A stretch of 64,000 nucleotides of DNA from Ignavibacteriota bacterium (lineage in GTDB: Bacteria > Bacteroidota > Ignavibacteria > UBA10030 > SZUA-254), in NCBI GenBank assembly GCA_025358305.1, contig JANYJZ010000018.1:19403-83402 (forward strand). The letters are read 5' to 3'. The position numbers and the translations under genes were made by a program. Shown here in pieces: positions 51,890 to 62,956 of the stretch. Each line of letters opens with the position of its first letter. Within the stretch, counting starts at the first letter, position 1. The notes beneath the pieces are model-generated. The model searched no databases, was not told where the DNA came from, and was given only the letters and a program-made list of their open reading frames with translations.

Positions 51890-53302
51890 ATGGTCGTCCA
51901 GCAGCGAACAATCAAGGATCCGGTCACGCTCTCCGGCGTGGGACTTCACACCGGCGTCAGCACCACCATGACGTTCCGGCCTGCGCCCGAAAACTCCGGG
52001 ATACGCTTCAAGCGCGTGGACCTGCCCGGAAAGCCCGAGATCCCGGCGCTCGTGGACCTCGTGGTGGAAGTGGCCCGAGGAACGACCATCTGCCAGGGCG
52101 AGGCGAAGGTCCACACGGTCGAGCATGTCCTGGCGGCGATCGTCGGCATGGACGTTGACAATATCCTCATCGAGCTCAACAACATCGAGCCGCCGATCTG
52201 CGACGGAAGCTCCATGCCTTTTGTCGAAGCGCTGACCAAAGCCGGCTTCGTGACGCAGAACGAGCCGAAGGACTACCTCATCATCGACCAGACCGTCAGG
52301 TACACCGACGAGAAGCTCGGCGTCGACATCGTCGCGCTGCCCACCGACGAGTACCGCCTCACCGTCATGATCGACTACCAGAATCCCGTCCTCGGGAGCC
52401 AGCATACCGGCCTGTTCAACATGGAGAAGGAGTTCGTCTCGGAGTTCGCGTCCGCGCGCACGTTCTGCTTCCTCCACGAGGTGGAGATGCTCCATTCGCG
52501 CGGGCTCATCAAAGGAGGCAACCTCGACAACGCGATCGTCATCGCGGACCAGGACCTCCCGGACGACGAGCTCCGGAGGATCGCGAAGAAGCTGGGCATC
52601 AGCGACTCCATCATCATGGGAAAGACCGGGATGCTCAATAACCGCGAGCTCCGGTTCCGCAACGAACCCGCGCGTCACAAGCTCCTCGATCTCATGGGCG
52701 ACCTCGCCCTCATCGGCGCGCCCCTGAAGGCCCAGATCCTCGCCGCGCGGCCCGGCCATGCGAGCAACGTCGAGTTCGCCAAGAAGATCCGCAAGCTCTA
52801 CCAGCAGAAATCGCTCGTGAAGAAGTACCAGTACGAGAAGAAGGCCGGGATCGTCTTTGACATCAATGCGCTGCAGAACATCCTCCCCCACCGCTATCCG
52901 TTCCTCCTCCTTGACAAGATCGTCGAGTTCAAGATCGACGAGAAGATCGTCGGGGTGAAGAACGTGACGATCAACGAGTGGTTCTTCGAAGGTCACTTTC
53001 CGGGCCGGCCCGTCATGCCAGGCGTGCTCATCATCGAGGCGATGGCCCAGGCCGGCGGCATCCTCCTCCTCAACGGCGTGGAGAATCCCGGCACGAAGCT
53101 CGCGATGTTCACGAGCATCAACAACGCAAAATTTCGGCGACAGGTCGTCCCGGGCGACCAGCTCATCATGGAGCTGCAGATCGTGAACCGCCGATCACGC
53201 ATGGCGCAGATGTCCGCAAAGGCGTTCGTCGACGGCGAGCTCGTCGCCGAAGCGGAACTGAGCGCTGCGATCGTCGACAAGACGGAGAACGCCAAGCAAT
53301 AA
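51890..53302 (+). CDS. lpxC: Bifunctional LpxC deacetylase / FabZ dehydratase
   Basis: GVGLHTG, TVEH, RHKLLD; then LPHRYPFLL, GHFP..PVMPG. Confidence 0.96.
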   Translation: MVVQQRTIKDPVTLSGVGLHTGVSTTMTFRPAPENSGIRFKRVDLPGKPEIPALVDLVVEVARGTTICQGEAKVHTVEHVLAAIVGMDVDNILIELNNIEPPICDGSSMPFVEALTKAGFVTQNEPKDYLIIDQTVRYTDEKLGVDIVALPTDEYRLTVMIDYQNPVLGSQHTGLFNMEKEFVSEFASARTFCFLHEVEMLHSRGLIKGGNLDNAIVIADQDLPDDELRRIAKKLGISDSIIMGKTGMLNNRELRFRNEPARHKLLDLMGDLALIGAPLKAQILAARPGHASNVEFAKKIRKLYQQKSLVKKYQYEKKAGIVFDINALQNILPHRYPFLLLDKIVEFKIDEKIVGVKNVTINEWFFEGHFPGRPVMPGVLIIEAMAQAGGILLLNGVENPGTKLAMFTSINNAKFRRQVVPGDQLIMELQIVNRRSRMAQMSAKAFVDGELVAEAELSAAIVDKTENAKQ

Positions 53303-53355
53303 AGCCGCACGCGCGGCAGAGTCAGTCCTTGATCATTACATTCGACGCTTGATCC

Positions 53356-54138
53356 ATGACCACCATCGATCCACGTGCACTCGTCTCCCCGAAGGCCCAA
53401 CTCGGCGACAATGTCACCATCGGCCCGTTCGCCGTCATTGAGGACGACGTCGTCATCGGCGCAGGCACCTCTGTCGGCTCCCACGCGCTCCTGGCGAGCG
53501 GCACCCGCGTCGGCAAGGAATGCCGGATCCACCACGGCGCCGTCCTCGGCACGCAGCCCCAAGACCTGAAGTTTCACGGCGAGGTGACGGTCCTCGAGGT
53601 CGGCGACGCCACGACCATCCGGGAATACGCCACGATCAATCGGGGCACAGTCGACCGCGGAAAGACGACCGTCGGGTCACACTGCTTCATCATGGCGTAC
53701 GCACACATCGCGCACGACTGCTCGGTTGGCAACCACGTCATCCTCGCCAACTCCGTGAACATGGCGGGGCACGTCGTCATCGAGGACTACGTCGTCATCG
53801 GCGGTCTCGTTCCGATCCACCAGTTCGTGCGGATCGGACGCCACGCAATGATCGGCGGAGGCTTTCGCGTCGCGAAGGACGTCCCGCCGTACATCCTCGC
53901 CGGCCACGAGCCGCTCGCGTTCCAGGGCCTCAACATCGTGGGCCTCAAGCGGCGGAACTTCACCCAGAAGGCGCTCGACGGCCTCCAGGAGACCTACAAC
54001 ACCCTCTACCATTCCCAACTCAACGTCTCGCAGGCCCTGGCGAAGATCAAGGGCTCCGGCGAGATCTCTGACGAGATCAGGCACGTCGTCGATTTCATTG
54101 AAAAGAGCAAGCGCGGCATCATCTGGAACCGAAAATGA
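53356..54138 (+). CDS. lpxA: UDP-N-acetylglucosamine acyltransferase
   Basis: PQDLKF, IAHDC, IHQF, KDVPPY. Confidence 0.96.
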   Translation: MTTIDPRALVSPKAQLGDNVTIGPFAVIEDDVVIGAGTSVGSHALLASGTRVGKECRIHHGAVLGTQPQDLKFHGEVTVLEVGDATTIREYATINRGTVDRGKTTVGSHCFIMAYAHIAHDCSVGNHVILANSVNMAGHVVIEDYVVIGGLVPIHQFVRIGRHAMIGGGFRVAKDVPPYILAGHEPLAFQGLNIVGLKRRNFTQKALDGLQETYNTLYHSQLNVSQALAKIKGSGEISDEIRHVVDFIEKSKRGIIWNRK

Positions 54139-54893
54139 TCTGGCACTTTCGCGACGACGGACCGCAGTCCGGGGCCCTGAACATGGAGACGGACGAAATG
54201 ATGGCCCGGCAGCTCAGTGCGGGCGTCATCGGGCCGGCCGTGCGATTCTACGGCTGGCGCCCTTACGCCCTTTCCCTCGGGTTCCACCAGGAGAGCGCCG
54301 ACGTGGACGCTCGAGCGCTCGCCCAAGAAGGCATCGATCTCGTGCGGAGGCCCACAGGCGGCAAGGCGATCCTCCACGCCCGGGAACTCACCTACTGCGT
54401 CGTAGTGCCTCTCGCCGATCAGTCGCCGAAGGCGATCTACCGGTTCATCAACGAGCGCCTCATCGCCGGGCTTCGCCGCCTCGGCATCGATGCGACGTTG
54501 AGCGGCCGGGACGACGATTTCCGTTCGCTCTACCAGGACCCGGCGTCCATCCCCTGCTTTACGAGTTCCGCGCGTTCTGAGGTCCTCGTCGGCGGGAAGA
54601 AACTCATCGGCAGCGCCCAGCGGAAGTTCGGCTCCGTCATCCTCCAGCATGGTTCCGTCTTGATCGGGCCCGAACACCGCAGGATCGCTGAGTTCCTCGC
54701 GCCGCACGTGCAAGACGCCAGATCGACGGTCGAGCGCGACCTCGAAGAGAAGACGACGGAGATCGAGACCCTGCTCGGGAGACGCGTGACGTACGAGGAG
54801 GTCTCCCGTGGGCTCCGCGAAGGGTTCGCCGAGGCACCCGATCTGACGCTCATCGACGCTCGGCCGGAGCAGACCCTCGCCCCTTCCTGTTGA
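54135..54893 (+). CDS. Lipoate-protein ligase family (LipM-like octanoyltransferase)
   Basis: NM..DE, RRPTGG.AILH, PCF, KLIGSAQ, QHGS. Confidence 0.88.
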   Translation: MIWHFRDDGPQSGALNMETDEMMARQLSAGVIGPAVRFYGWRPYALSLGFHQESADVDARALAQEGIDLVRRPTGGKAILHARELTYCVVVPLADQSPKAIYRFINERLIAGLRRLGIDATLSGRDDDFRSLYQDPASIPCFTSSARSEVLVGGKKLIGSAQRKFGSVILQHGSVLIGPEHRRIAEFLAPHVQDARSTVERDLEEKTTEIETLLGRRVTYEEVSRGLREGFAEAPDLTLIDARPEQTLAPSC

Positions 54894-54931
54894 CGATTCC
54901 ACGCTCATCACCCACTATCGCGTACAAGACC

Positions 54932-55759
54932 ATGAAACAACATAAGCAGGCCGCAGCGAAGCCGAGAGTCGTCACGACGAAGACCGTCTTGACGATGAAG
55001 CAGTCTGGCGAGAAGATCGCCATGCTCACCGCGTATGATTTTCTCATCGCGAAGTATCTCGACCAGGTCGGCATCGACATCATCCTCGTCGGGGACTCCC
55101 TCGGCAACGTCGTGCAGGGGTATGAGACGACCCTTCCGGTCACGGTCGATGATATGATCTACCACGCCAAGGCGGTGAAGCGGGCCGTGAAGAACGCCCT
55201 CATCGTGGTCGACATGCCCTTCATGTCGTTCCAGACGAGCATCGACGACGCCGTGCGTAACGCCGGCAGGATCATGAAAGAAGTGGGGGTCGGCGCTGTA
55301 AAGCTTGAAGGAGGCGCCTACATCGCCGAGATCGTGCGCCACTTGGTAAAGGTCGGCATCCCGGTCATGGGCCATTTAGGGCTCACCCCGCAGGCCATCA
55401 ACAAGTTCGGCACGTACGAAGTGCGCGCTCAATCGAAGAGCGAAGCCGACGAGCTCCTCGCCGATGCGAAGGTCCTGGCCGATGCCGGCGTCTTCGCGAT
55501 CGTCCTCGAGAAGATCCCTTCGGCGCTCGCGAAGAAGGTGACCAATGCCATCTCCGTCCCAACGATCGGCATCGGCGCGGGCCCCGACTGCGACGGCCAG
55601 GTCCTCGTCGTGTACGACATGCTCGGCCTCACCGAGGAGTTCAAACCCCGGTTCGTCCGGCGTTATTCCGAGCTCGCGGAGAATCTGCGCGGCGCGTTCG
55701 GGCAGTATATCAAGGACGTCAAGGGACACGAGTTTCCCAAGAAGAAAGAGAGCTACTAG
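54932..55759 (+). CDS. panB: Ketopantoate hydroxymethyltransferase
   Basis: [33 protein letters not shown]. Confidence 0.96.
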   Translation: MKQHKQAAAKPRVVTTKTVLTMKQSGEKIAMLTAYDFLIAKYLDQVGIDIILVGDSLGNVVQGYETTLPVTVDDMIYHAKAVKRAVKNALIVVDMPFMSFQTSIDDAVRNAGRIMKEVGVGAVKLEGGAYIAEIVRHLVKVGIPVMGHLGLTPQAINKFGTYEVRAQSKSEADELLADAKVLADAGVFAIVLEKIPSALAKKVTNAISVPTIGIGAGPDCDGQVLVVYDMLGLTEEFKPRFVRRYSELAENLRGAFGQYIKDVKGHEFPKKKESY

Positions 55760-55765
55760 GTACAG

Positions 55766-56554
55766 ATGTCAGCGCGAAAAGCGAAACTCCCCTCCATCCT
55801 CGTCTCCAACGACGACGGCATTGACGCTCCCGGCATCGAGGCCCTGGTCAGAGAACTCGTGAAGATCGGCAGCGTCACGGTCGTGGCCCCCGACAAGCAG
55901 CGCAGCGCCGTCGGCCACGCCATCACGATGAACTACCCCCTGCGCGTAACGAAGTTCCAGAAGGACCGGAAATTCTTCGGCTATGCGGTGGAAGGGACGC
56001 CGGCTGACTGTGTCAAGCTCGCGATCGCCACGCTCCTTCCTCGGAAGCCGGACCTCCTCGTCTCCGGCGTCAACCACGGATCGAATACCGCCATAAACGT
56101 CATCTATTCCGGCACGGTCTCCGCCGCGACCGAGGGCACGATCCTCGGCATTCCGTCGATTGCGGTGTCCTTGACGACGCACGGCACCGCGGACTTCCGC
56201 GAGGCTGCGAAGTTCGCGCGGAAGCTTGCCGCCTACGTGCTGAAAAAGGGTCTCCCGAACGCGACGCTCCTCAACGTCAACGTACCGGCGGCGAAGGCAA
56301 CAGATATCCGCGGCGTAAAGCTTACCCGGCAAGGGATCACACGGTGGGTGGAGTCGTTCGACGTCCGGATGGACCCGAACAATAAGGAATACTACTGGCT
56401 GAAGGGTAAGCTCGAGATCTTGGACCACGCCCCCGATACCGACGAGATCGCCGTTCGGAACAACTACATCTCCATCACGCCCATTCAGTTCGACCTCACC
56501 GATTACAAGGCTCTCGAAGCGATGCGCCGCGCGAAATTCGGCGAGCTTCTCTAA
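55766..56554 (+). CDS. surE: 5'/3'-nucleotidase SurE
   Basis: SNDDG, GTPADC, SGVN.G.N, YSGTV.AA.E. Confidence 0.96.
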   Translation: MSARKAKLPSILVSNDDGIDAPGIEALVRELVKIGSVTVVAPDKQRSAVGHAITMNYPLRVTKFQKDRKFFGYAVEGTPADCVKLAIATLLPRKPDLLVSGVNHGSNTAINVIYSGTVSAATEGTILGIPSIAVSLTTHGTADFREAAKFARKLAAYVLKKGLPNATLLNVNVPAAKATDIRGVKLTRQGITRWVESFDVRMDPNNKEYYWLKGKLEILDHAPDTDEIAVRNNYISITPIQFDLTDYKALEAMRRAKFGELL

Positions 56555-56660
56555 AGCGGACCTCCCCGCGCCCCGCTATTGAGCCAGCGGTGCATCTGTG
56601 CGTACCGGCGCTCCCCCCCCCAAAAGAAACAAAACACACCTCCGGCAGGAACTTCCCTCC

Positions 56661-57911
56661 CTACTGCGCCGAAGCAATCTTCCTGCGCAACGAACGCCAC
56701 CGCACACAGAAACCGATGTCGAAGAGCAGGACGGCCATCATCGACAAGGAACTCACGAGGATATTGTCCTTGTACGGGTACGGTTCCCAGTCATGGAGCG
56801 GCCCGAAGAGAAGATATGTCAGAAGAATGAGGACGAAGAGAGCCGAGAACGGTCCCCCCGCATACTCTTCGAGCTCCTCGACCTTGATGAGATCCTTGCT
56901 CACAAGGTAGAAGATGGCGAAGAAATTGCAGAAGACGACCGCCGAGAGCCACCGGCCGTAGTCCGTCGCGATGGGCACCAGCAACAATCCACTCAAGGTG
57001 GCGAGAATGAGGAGCCAGAACGCACCCCGGTGCGCCCCACAGTTCTTGAGTGCGCGCCCCCAGAGGTTCGCAAGGACCAGGAACACCGGGCTCATCATGA
57101 CGATCGCCATGATGAAATTGACGATCGAACCTGAGTCATACAAGGACGAAGAGGCCAGCGCGGAATGGTTCCTGACGCTGAAGTAGCATTCGCGCATGGA
57201 TAGTTCCGTGAGGTGGTACGCCGCCCGTGATTGAATGAGGCGCGAGAATTCTTCAAACGACAGCGCCGGGGTGCCGAAGTTGTAGAGGACGAGGAACGCG
57301 CCGGCAACGCCCAGCACCGACGCAATGATCGTGACGAGCATCGCCCTCCGTCTTCCTTCCCGAAGATACGCAAAGACCATCATTGCCACGATCGTCGGGG
57401 CGCACAGTACCAAAAAGCCTTCGTGGATGAACATCGCCACACTCATGAGGATCGGGATGAGCCACAATTGCCGATTACGCGATACGAGGGTCAGGGAGAG
57501 CAGTAGGATCATCATGAGGAAGAGATCGAAGCGCCCCAGGTCACGCGCAGAGAGGGAAAGCGTGGCAGGTGCGGCCACAAACAGGAGGATCAACCGGAAG
57601 AGACGCCCGCCCTTGTCCTTGTGCCGCAGGAGGACGTAGAAGATGACGAGCAGGAGCGCAAGAAACGTGCAATAGGAGATCAGTGTGATAAGGTGAACAC
57701 TCTCGAGCGTCATGATCGGCACCCAGAGTTTGGCGATCGCGCCGAGGAGCCCCCTGCGAACGAGGCCGTAATCGTACGACAACGCCCAGTGAGAGACGCC
57801 GTACATATTCTCAAAACCCGTCGGCGTCGGCATCCACCACCGTGTCACCCCGAGCATGGTGACAAGGATGAGGAGCACCTCTTGTTCATGTTCTTCTATG
57901 AATCTTCTCAT
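56661..57911 (-). CDS. Hypothetical polytopic membrane protein (GT-C-like)
   Basis: About 10 TMs; YDYGLVRRGLLG, GRFD, IHEG, DYGRW. Start uncertain. Confidence 0.65.
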   Translation of the reverse strand: MRRFIEEHEQEVLLILVTMLGVTRWWMPTPTGFENMYGVSHWALSYDYGLVRRGLLGAIAKLWVPIMTLESVHLITLISYCTFLALLLVIFYVLLRHKDKGGRLFRLILLFVAAPATLSLSARDLGRFDLFLMMILLLSLTLVSRNRQLWLIPILMSVAMFIHEGFLVLCAPTIVAMMVFAYLREGRRRAMLVTIIASVLGVAGAFLVLYNFGTPALSFEEFSRLIQSRAAYHLTELSMRECYFSVRNHSALASSSLYDSGSIVNFIMAIVMMSPVFLVLANLWGRALKNCGAHRGAFWLLILATLSGLLLVPIATDYGRWLSAVVFCNFFAIFYLVSKDLIKVEELEEYAGGPFSALFVLILLTYLLFGPLHDWEPYPYKDNILVSSLSMMAVLLFDIGFCVRWRSLRRKIASAQ

Positions 57912-58020
57912 ACCGAGCCTGGCAATAGTTGTTGAACGCATCGGTGAAAGAACAGCACCCCGGTGACGCCCACTCTCACGCGCAAGGTTCCATTCCACTG
58001 AAGCTGCATCGGGCGACGGA

Positions 58021-59172
58021 TCACTTCAATACGAAGTAGGCTACCATCCCGAGTATCGTTGCGTACTGCACGGCGTGCGCAAGCCGCATATTCGCTCCCT
58101 TGAGCCGATGCCAGGCGTACGCGAGTGCGTACATGGCCGCGGTGAGGAGGATCGTCAGGCCGAGGCACTGCCAGAACACGAGCGTCTTGCCGAACAGGCT
58201 GATGAAGCTCCAATCGAACGTCGTCCCGTAGACGATGAGGAGGTGCGTGGCGTACACGAGGAGCGATTCCTGTCCGAACATCGTCAGGAGGGACGACCCT
58301 CTTGCCTCCCTGCGCTGCCCATAGAGCCACAGCGCGATGCAGATGAAAAGGACGAGCCCGATGCGGACAAAGAAGAACTCCGGGCTCGCGTTCCAGAAGT
58401 TCAGTCCGGGGTAGAGCTCGAACGGCAGGAGTTCGCCGAGAAGCGAGACGGCGATGGCCGCCAACGAGAGCCCGGCGACGCGGTTCACGAGCACCCGCTC
58501 CCTCCCCGCGGCCCGTGAACGAATGAAGGCGAACCCCGTGAGCGTGCCGGCGAGGAGGAACGCGGACCAGGGAAAGGCCGGGAACTGCGACTTGAACTGC
58601 AAACTGAGGTACGGCCGGAACCAGATCGGGAGCGCGCTATGGTCCATCGCGCGTACGACCGGTGCGCAGAAGACGACCGCGACCGCGAGCACCGTGACGG
58701 CGATAAGAAAGGGGCGTTCCTTTCGCAATGTCACGGCGAGGAGCACGAGCCCCGCGAGCGTCAGCGCGATGATCTGGAGGATGTCCGACTGGAAGAAGAT
58801 GATCCAGCTCGATGCGTCAGCCTCGGTGATCATCTTGTGGAGGGAGAAGAACGGGATATGGAGCGCGTATGCGACGGCGAGGATGAATCCGAGCCGTTGA
58901 AGGTACCGCCAGAGAACGGGACGCAACGATGTGTACTCGCCCCACTTCCTGGAGAACGAGATCGCAAATCCGAACCCTGCGCAGAATAGGAACGTCGGGG
59001 CGACGAGTCCGTTGACGAAGACGAGGACCTTATACCATGCCTCTTCCTTCAGGGCCGGCTGGAGAAGGGCGTTCACGACGTGCGTCTCGATCATGAAGAG
59101 GACCGCCCACCCGCGCAGGAGGTCGATAAAATGGAACCTGGGGGATGCGGTGGGAGCGGCCGGTGCGGTCAC
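58021..59172 (-). CDS. Membrane acyltransferase (DUF1624 / HGSNAT-like)
   Basis: RFHFIDLLRG.A...M...H, DILQ.I, FP.FPW, GQESLLVY..H. Confidence 0.82.
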   Translation of the reverse strand: MTAPAAPTASPRFHFIDLLRGWAVLFMIETHVVNALLQPALKEEAWYKVLVFVNGLVAPTFLFCAGFGFAISFSRKWGEYTSLRPVLWRYLQRLGFILAVAYALHIPFFSLHKMITEADASSWIIFFQSDILQIIALTLAGLVLLAVTLRKERPFLIAVTVLAVAVVFCAPVVRAMDHSALPIWFRPYLSLQFKSQFPAFPWSAFLLAGTLTGFAFIRSRAAGRERVLVNRVAGLSLAAIAVSLLGELLPFELYPGLNFWNASPEFFFVRIGLVLFICIALWLYGQRREARGSSLLTMFGQESLLVYATHLLIVYGTTFDWSFISLFGKTLVFWQCLGLTILLTAAMYALAYAWHRLKGANMRLAHAVQYATILGMVAYFVLK

Positions 59173-59187
59173 AAGCGGCGTCGGGTC

Positions 59188-59565
59188 TTACAGTGCCTTC
59201 ATGGCGCGGCTCACGACGATCGCTTCGAGCCGGTCGATATCGACAGGCTTTGTCAGGTACGCATCGACGCCGAGTTTCTTCCCGTAGGTCTGGGCGAGCT
59301 GGTCGTCCACCGCCGTGAGGAAGACGAACGGGGTGTCGGAGAACTTCGGAGTCTTCTTCAGCTCCACGAAGAGGTCGAAGCCGTTCACCGGTGTCATCCG
59401 CAAGTCTGTGATGATGAGGTCCGGCTTCTCTGTTTCGAGGATCGCGTAAGCCTCCTTCCCCCCGAGGGCCGTCAGGACGATGAATCCCCGGTCTTCGAGG
59501 CCGATCTTGAGGACGCGAAGCGCTTCCGGATCGTCGTCGACGTAGAGTATGAGCGGTCGTTTCAT
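59188..59565 (-). CDS. Single-domain response regulator
   Basis: VDDD, ITD, FLT, KP all canonical. Confidence 0.92.
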   Translation of the reverse strand: MKRPLILYVDDDPEALRVLKIGLEDRGFIVLTALGGKEAYAILETEKPDLIITDLRMTPVNGFDLFVELKKTPKFSDTPFVFLTAVDDQLAQTYGKKLGVDAYLTKPVDIDRLEAIVVSRAMKAL

Positions 59566-59610
59566 CACGAGTGTTGTCTCTCCTACAGTGTGCCCAGCCG
59601 AGGGCGAATG

Positions 59611-59639
59611 AACATAGCGCGAAATCGGTAGAAAGTCAA
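59611..59639 (-). promoter_or_regulatory. Promoter TTGACT-N17-TATGTT
   Basis: Read directly. Confidence 0.6.
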
Positions 59640-59677
59640 ATCCGGCCCGGGCCCGCGATGGCCCGGCCCGGTCCATC

Positions 59678-62600
59678 CTACTTCATGAGGATCATCTTCT
59701 TGACGTCCGAGAATCCGACGGCCGTGAATTTGTACATATAGACGCCGCTGGCGAGGTTGCCGGCGTCCCAGGCGACGCTGTACCTGCCCGGTTCGAGCGA
59801 TCCCTCGAGGAGGGTGGCGATCTCGCGGCCGAGGAGGTCATACACCTTGAGCGTCACCGGCCCCGTCGCAGGAACCTCGACGACGATGCGCGACGACGAA
59901 TTGAACGGGTTCGGGTAGTTCTGCGACAGCCGGAACGACGTCGGCGTCGTGCCAGCGATCTCCTGCACGCCGAGAACGATCGGGTCGGCGCCGCCCGCTT
60001 CAACGTACCGTGCCGCGAACTCCTGGAGGTAGAGGTTGGCGATGCGCGTGCTGCGGACGATGACGGTATTCTCGTCGTTCGAGCCTTCCGCGCTCGAGGA
60101 CCAATTGTGCGATCCGGTGATCACCCACTGGTTCCCGTTCGCGCTCGTGCCGTCGACGATCGCATACTTGTGGTGAAGGAGTCCGCCGGAGAAGCCCTTG
60201 AGGTGGACGTCCACCCCAGCGCCGAGGAGCGCGGGGTACTGCGTCCCGGTGTCGGTCCCGTTGTCCATGATGATGCGGACCTTCCGTCCCCTGTTCTTCT
60301 GCGCGATGAGCGTGTCGGCGAGTTCCTTCCGGGTGAACGTGTACATCGCAACGGAGAGCGACGACTGTGCCCGCGAGAGAGCGCGGCCGATCTTCGCGGT
60401 CGTTCCGTCGCTCGGGCTGAAGTAGTTCTCGACGCGCGTACCGTTGATGTTGAAGAGGTGCGGGGTGTTGTTGTGCTTCCGCGGCCCGAAGCGCGTCAAC
60501 GCGGCGTTCGGCGTCAGTGTGCTGCTCCCCCACATCTCGTTGAATTCAAGGGTGTACGACCCGGCGAGGGCGACGTCCTGGAACTCGATGGAGTTCTGCC
60601 GATCGCCGTTCGTGCCGGGATCCGTCGGGTTCCACGAGCCCGTCCAGAGCCAGACGCTGTCCGGTGCCCCGCCCTTGTAATCGAAGATCGCAAACTTGTT
60701 GTGCATGAGTTCGGTGCCGCCGGTGGAGACGTCAAACTCGTCGGTGATCACCGGGATGCCGTTTGAGGAGAGCGTCGCATAGGGAGCGTTGCTGTTGTCG
60801 GCCTCCCCGATGATCCGGACCTGGACGCCGCGGTCATGGGCGGCGATGAGCGCCGCAGCGATCGACGCGCCGACCGAGCCGCTCAGGTTGTAAAGCGCCG
60901 CGTCGATACTGTACCGGGCCGCGTTGACCTTCGCGATGAAGATCGAGGGAAGGTCCGCGTTGCCGTTCGCGACCTCGCCGGTGGCGAGCGACGCCTGGAT
61001 CGTTTTGTTGAAGTACACGTTAATCCGGCCCGTCGTGGCTGCCGGGGAGGCGGAACTCAGGATGAAATCGCTCGCGATCGTCGTCCCGTTGGTGTCCGCC
61101 GATCCGACGGCGTAATGATATACCGTTGCAGGCGTGAGTCCGGTGAGCCACATGCTGTGGCTCTGCACCGGGTCGGTCACGGTGATTGAATCCGTATAGA
61201 CGTTCGTCGCGCCGAAGTAGACGATGCTCGATGACAGGACGTCCGTCGTCCAGTTCACTCTCACGGCGTTGGCAAGTACGCTGTCCTCCTGGGGAGACGT
61301 CGTGATGACGGGGCCCGGATGTCCGATGATGTCCTCTGGGACACGCGGCGACATCTCATAATCCGCCGTGTACGGCGGGCCAGGGGCGGGCGTTCCCGGT
61401 TTGAATTGTTTCAGGATGCCGATGACGTCGAACACCGACGGTGTCGGCGGGTAGGAGATCGGGATGAAGATGGCCGACGTTCCCGTCCCGTCGGTGATGG
61501 TCGAGGTGAGGGAATTGTACTGCACCGCGTTGATCCTGATCAGGCGCCCTTCGTTCGGCTCGCTGAAGTCAGGAAGGAACGCGTTGTTGAGATCGGCGCA
61601 GGTCATAACGAGCGGCACCGGGAGGGGCCGGCCCGTCGCGACCGTGATGACCGTCGAGGAATCGGGCGTGATCTCGACCAGGCCTCGGAACTGCTGCACT
61701 TTGCCGGTCAGGATGACGCTGTCGCCGACCTGGTAGTTGAGCGGCCGGGTGAAGCTGAACAGGTCCACGCCTGCCGTGCCATCCTGGATGAAGACGTTCG
61801 TCTGCGTACCGCTCAGGTTCGCCGTGACCGTGCCGGTGATGCTCACCTGGCTGCCGACCGCGTAGGGGGCGGCACACACGCCCGTGGAGGTATTGACGTG
61901 TACCGTGACGATGGGGACGACCGCCTTGACCTGGACGGTCGGCTGGACCAGCAATTGTGCGGGCTGACCGCCGAAGACGCCGGTCTGGGTCCGGAAGACC
62001 GAAAGTCCGCCGAAGGCCGCGGAGGTCATGTTTGCGATCGTGATCGTTCCGTGGTCCGTCGCCGAGACCGCGGCTTGGGAGATATCGATCGTATCGCCGA
62101 TGAGCGCGACAACGGCGGTGTCGAATCCGGTTCCGGAGATCTGGACGTCGCCGAGGAGGTGCGACCAGCCCCAGGAGACTGGGACGGCGCAGCGGATGCG
62201 GTTGAGGACGTACCCGGTGTCGCCGATGACCGTAAGGGTCACCAGCGGGACCGGCTGAGCGTTATAGATCTTCGAAGGGTTGATCGTGATCGTACCGGTG
62301 CCGTTCCCGCCGACGCCGAACGAGGGTTCGGGCGTGCTCTGCGTGTTCTGGGGGTTGCGGCCGTGCGTCTGCGCGACGAAATCGGCGGCATTGTTGTCCG
62401 AATCGAATCCGTTCCCAAGGACGTAATGCTTCCCGCCGGCGGCGAGGGAATCCGCGGTCGAGGAGAGAGAAGCCTTCCGTTCCACGCTTCCGGTCGTACT
62501 CGGGCTCTGGATGGGCGCAGGCGAGCCCTCCGGGTCAATGGCCGTGGGTCCGTATCCGACCTTGTCGATTTCGAGGGCCGAGACATCGATGATCCTGAGG

Positions 62601-62956
62601 TGTCCCAGGCTCGAGATGCCGGTCGCCGAGGTCCAGAGATCGGAAGTATAGTCAGGCGTTACGATGCCCACATAGCTCGTATTCGCGATAAGGTAGTAGC
62701 TATGCGGCGCGATAACTGCTGAAACTGGGAGGAGCGCGCGGTCTTCCCATATTGTCCCGCTGACACCCTTGTACTCGAGCGTCCACCCATGGAGCGAGAT
62801 GTCGGCTTCGGTAGGATTATAGAGCTCGACAAATTCGTCCTGGCCGCCGCTCCCCGACGTCGCAAACTCGCTGATGACGACGTGCGTGGCGGTCTGGGAG
62901 AGGAGTCCGGCGCTCACGACGAGCGTCAGAAGAAGGATCGTACCGAAGGCTTTCAT
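59678..62956 (-). CDS. Secreted multidomain phospholipase D-family enzyme (lamin-tail, OB-fold, FN3, 2x HKD, T9SS-type CTD)
   Basis: Signal peptide; DEFVELYNP; MHNKFAIFD and LHHKYAIVD; LSQNYPNPFN...KKMILMK. Confidence 0.87.
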   Translation of the reverse strand: MKAFGTILLLTLVVSAGLLSQTATHVVISEFATSGSGGQDEFVELYNPTEADISLHGWTLEYKGVSGTIWEDRALLPVSAVIAPHSYYLIANTSYVGIVTPDYTSDLWTSATGISSLGHLRIIDVSALEIDKVGYGPTAIDPEGSPAPIQSPSTTGSVERKASLSSTADSLAAGGKHYVLGNGFDSDNNAADFVAQTHGRNPQNTQSTPEPSFGVGGNGTGTITINPSKIYNAQPVPLVTLTVIGDTGYVLNRIRCAVPVSWGWSHLLGDVQISGTGFDTAVVALIGDTIDISQAAVSATDHGTITIANMTSAAFGGLSVFRTQTGVFGGQPAQLLVQPTVQVKAVVPIVTVHVNTSTGVCAAPYAVGSQVSITGTVTANLSGTQTNVFIQDGTAGVDLFSFTRPLNYQVGDSVILTGKVQQFRGLVEITPDSSTVITVATGRPLPVPLVMTCADLNNAFLPDFSEPNEGRLIRINAVQYNSLTSTITDGTGTSAIFIPISYPPTPSVFDVIGILKQFKPGTPAPGPPYTADYEMSPRVPEDIIGHPGPVITTSPQEDSVLANAVRVNWTTDVLSSSIVYFGATNVYTDSITVTDPVQSHSMWLTGLTPATVYHYAVGSADTNGTTIASDFILSSASPAATTGRINVYFNKTIQASLATGEVANGNADLPSIFIAKVNAARYSIDAALYNLSGSVGASIAAALIAAHDRGVQVRIIGEADNSNAPYATLSSNGIPVITDEFDVSTGGTELMHNKFAIFDYKGGAPDSVWLWTGSWNPTDPGTNGDRQNSIEFQDVALAGSYTLEFNEMWGSSTLTPNAALTRFGPRKHNNTPHLFNINGTRVENYFSPSDGTTAKIGRALSRAQSSLSVAMYTFTRKELADTLIAQKNRGRKVRIIMDNGTDTGTQYPALLGAGVDVHLKGFSGGLLHHKYAIVDGTSANGNQWVITGSHNWSSSAEGSNDENTVIVRSTRIANLYLQEFAARYVEAGGADPIVLGVQEIAGTTPTSFRLSQNYPNPFNSSSRIVVEVPATGPVTLKVYDLLGREIATLLEGSLEPGRYSVAWDAGNLASGVYMYKFTAVGFSDVKKMILMK

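Noticed and set aside
56613..56621. C9 homopolymer as a phase-variation tract
   Set aside because: It lies between two convergent gene ends, not in a CDS or promoter.
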